From the NCBI GenBank assembly GCA_021325295.1, contig JAJPHM010000057.1, forward strand, positions 10,896 to 34,895: a stretch of 24,000 nt of DNA. Direction: 5' to 3'. This document shows positions 23,716 through 24,000 of this stretch, in pieces; the first letter of the stretch is position 1; each line of letters opens with the position of its first letter. The position numbers were made by a program, and so were the translations under genes. Below the pieces are notes generated by a model. It was not told where the DNA came from. It did not search any database and saw only the letters and a list, made by a program, of their open reading frames with translations. Origin of the DNA: Nitrososphaeraceae archaeon. GTDB taxonomy: Archaea; Thermoproteota; Nitrososphaeria; Nitrososphaerales; Nitrososphaeraceae.

Positions 23716-24000
23716 ATGTCGTTTCAAAATAATAGCGGTATGGGGTCCAGCTTCAAGAGGACACCAGATTCCGTAATGGAAGAAGAGACAATCAGAGCAG
23801 CAATGGAGATGGCAAAACCTCAAGTTTCTGTCATTGGAGCTGGAGGGGCTGGCAGCAACATAGTTTCTTGGATAAAGAACAAAGGACTGGTCGGCGGCAA
23901 GCTAATAGCAGTCAACACAGATGCTGCCCATCTGGGCATAAGCAAAGCTGATAGAAGAATACTCATAGGTCCCAAGCTAACGCAGGGAAGAGGCTGCGGT
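23716..24000 (+). CDS. ftsZ: FtsZ/tubulin-family GTPase, N-terminal 95 codons (runs off the right edge)
   Basis: Absent from the ORF track because it has no stop in the window. My translation is MSFQNNSGMGSSFKRTPDSVMEEETIRAAMEMAKPQVSVIGAGGAGSNIVSWIKNKGLVGGKLIAVNTDAAHLGISKADRRILIGPKLTQGRGCG. It matches the FtsZ N-terminal pattern I.V.G.GG.G.N....M.......fiA.NTDaq.L........i.iG...T.G.G.G. Confidence 0.8.
   Translation, partial: MSFQNNSGMGSSFKRTPDSVMEEETIRAAMEMAKPQVSVIGAGGAGSNIVSWIKNKGLVGGKLIAVNTDAAHLGISKADRRILIGPKLTQGRGCG

Overview
The window looks like an archaeal chromosome. The evidence is isopentenyl phosphate kinase plus type-2 IPP isomerase plus GGPP synthase, an archaeal-type GluRS, a tRNA gene without encoded CCA, TATA-like boxes about 27 nt upstream of several start codons, and a CRISPR repeat ending in ATTGAAAG. 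Gene content and a mid-range GC (judged by eye) fit a Nitrososphaera-like ammonia-oxidising thaumarchaeon, but that assignment is inference only. Positions 1-20.9 kb are mostly ordinary core genes:
- a coiled-coil protein and an atypical kinase-like protein;
- a three-gene methyltransferase / membrane protein / chorismate-lyase-like cluster;
- tRNA-Ala(GGC), a NUDIX hydrolase and a B12-domain-like radical SAM enzyme;
- a ferredoxin-NADP reductase-like protein;
- a tightly packed minus-strand block of IPK, IDI-2, GGPPS, GluRS and an FAH-family hydrolase;
- an 841-aa Ser/Thr-rich secreted surface protein and a TPR plus winged-helix protein.
The standout feature is a 2,412-bp CRISPR array at 20964..23375 with 37 identical 30-nt repeats and 36 unique spacers. 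I infer it is transcribed on the minus strand from a leader it shares divergently with a partial ftsZ gene at the right edge. No recognisable cas gene is present anywhere in the window. I found no clearly new multi-gene system. The best leads are the cas-less array and its small co-oriented neighbour, the candidate quinone-related three-gene cluster, and the radical SAM gene. All functional calls come from motif recognition by eye, with no database search.
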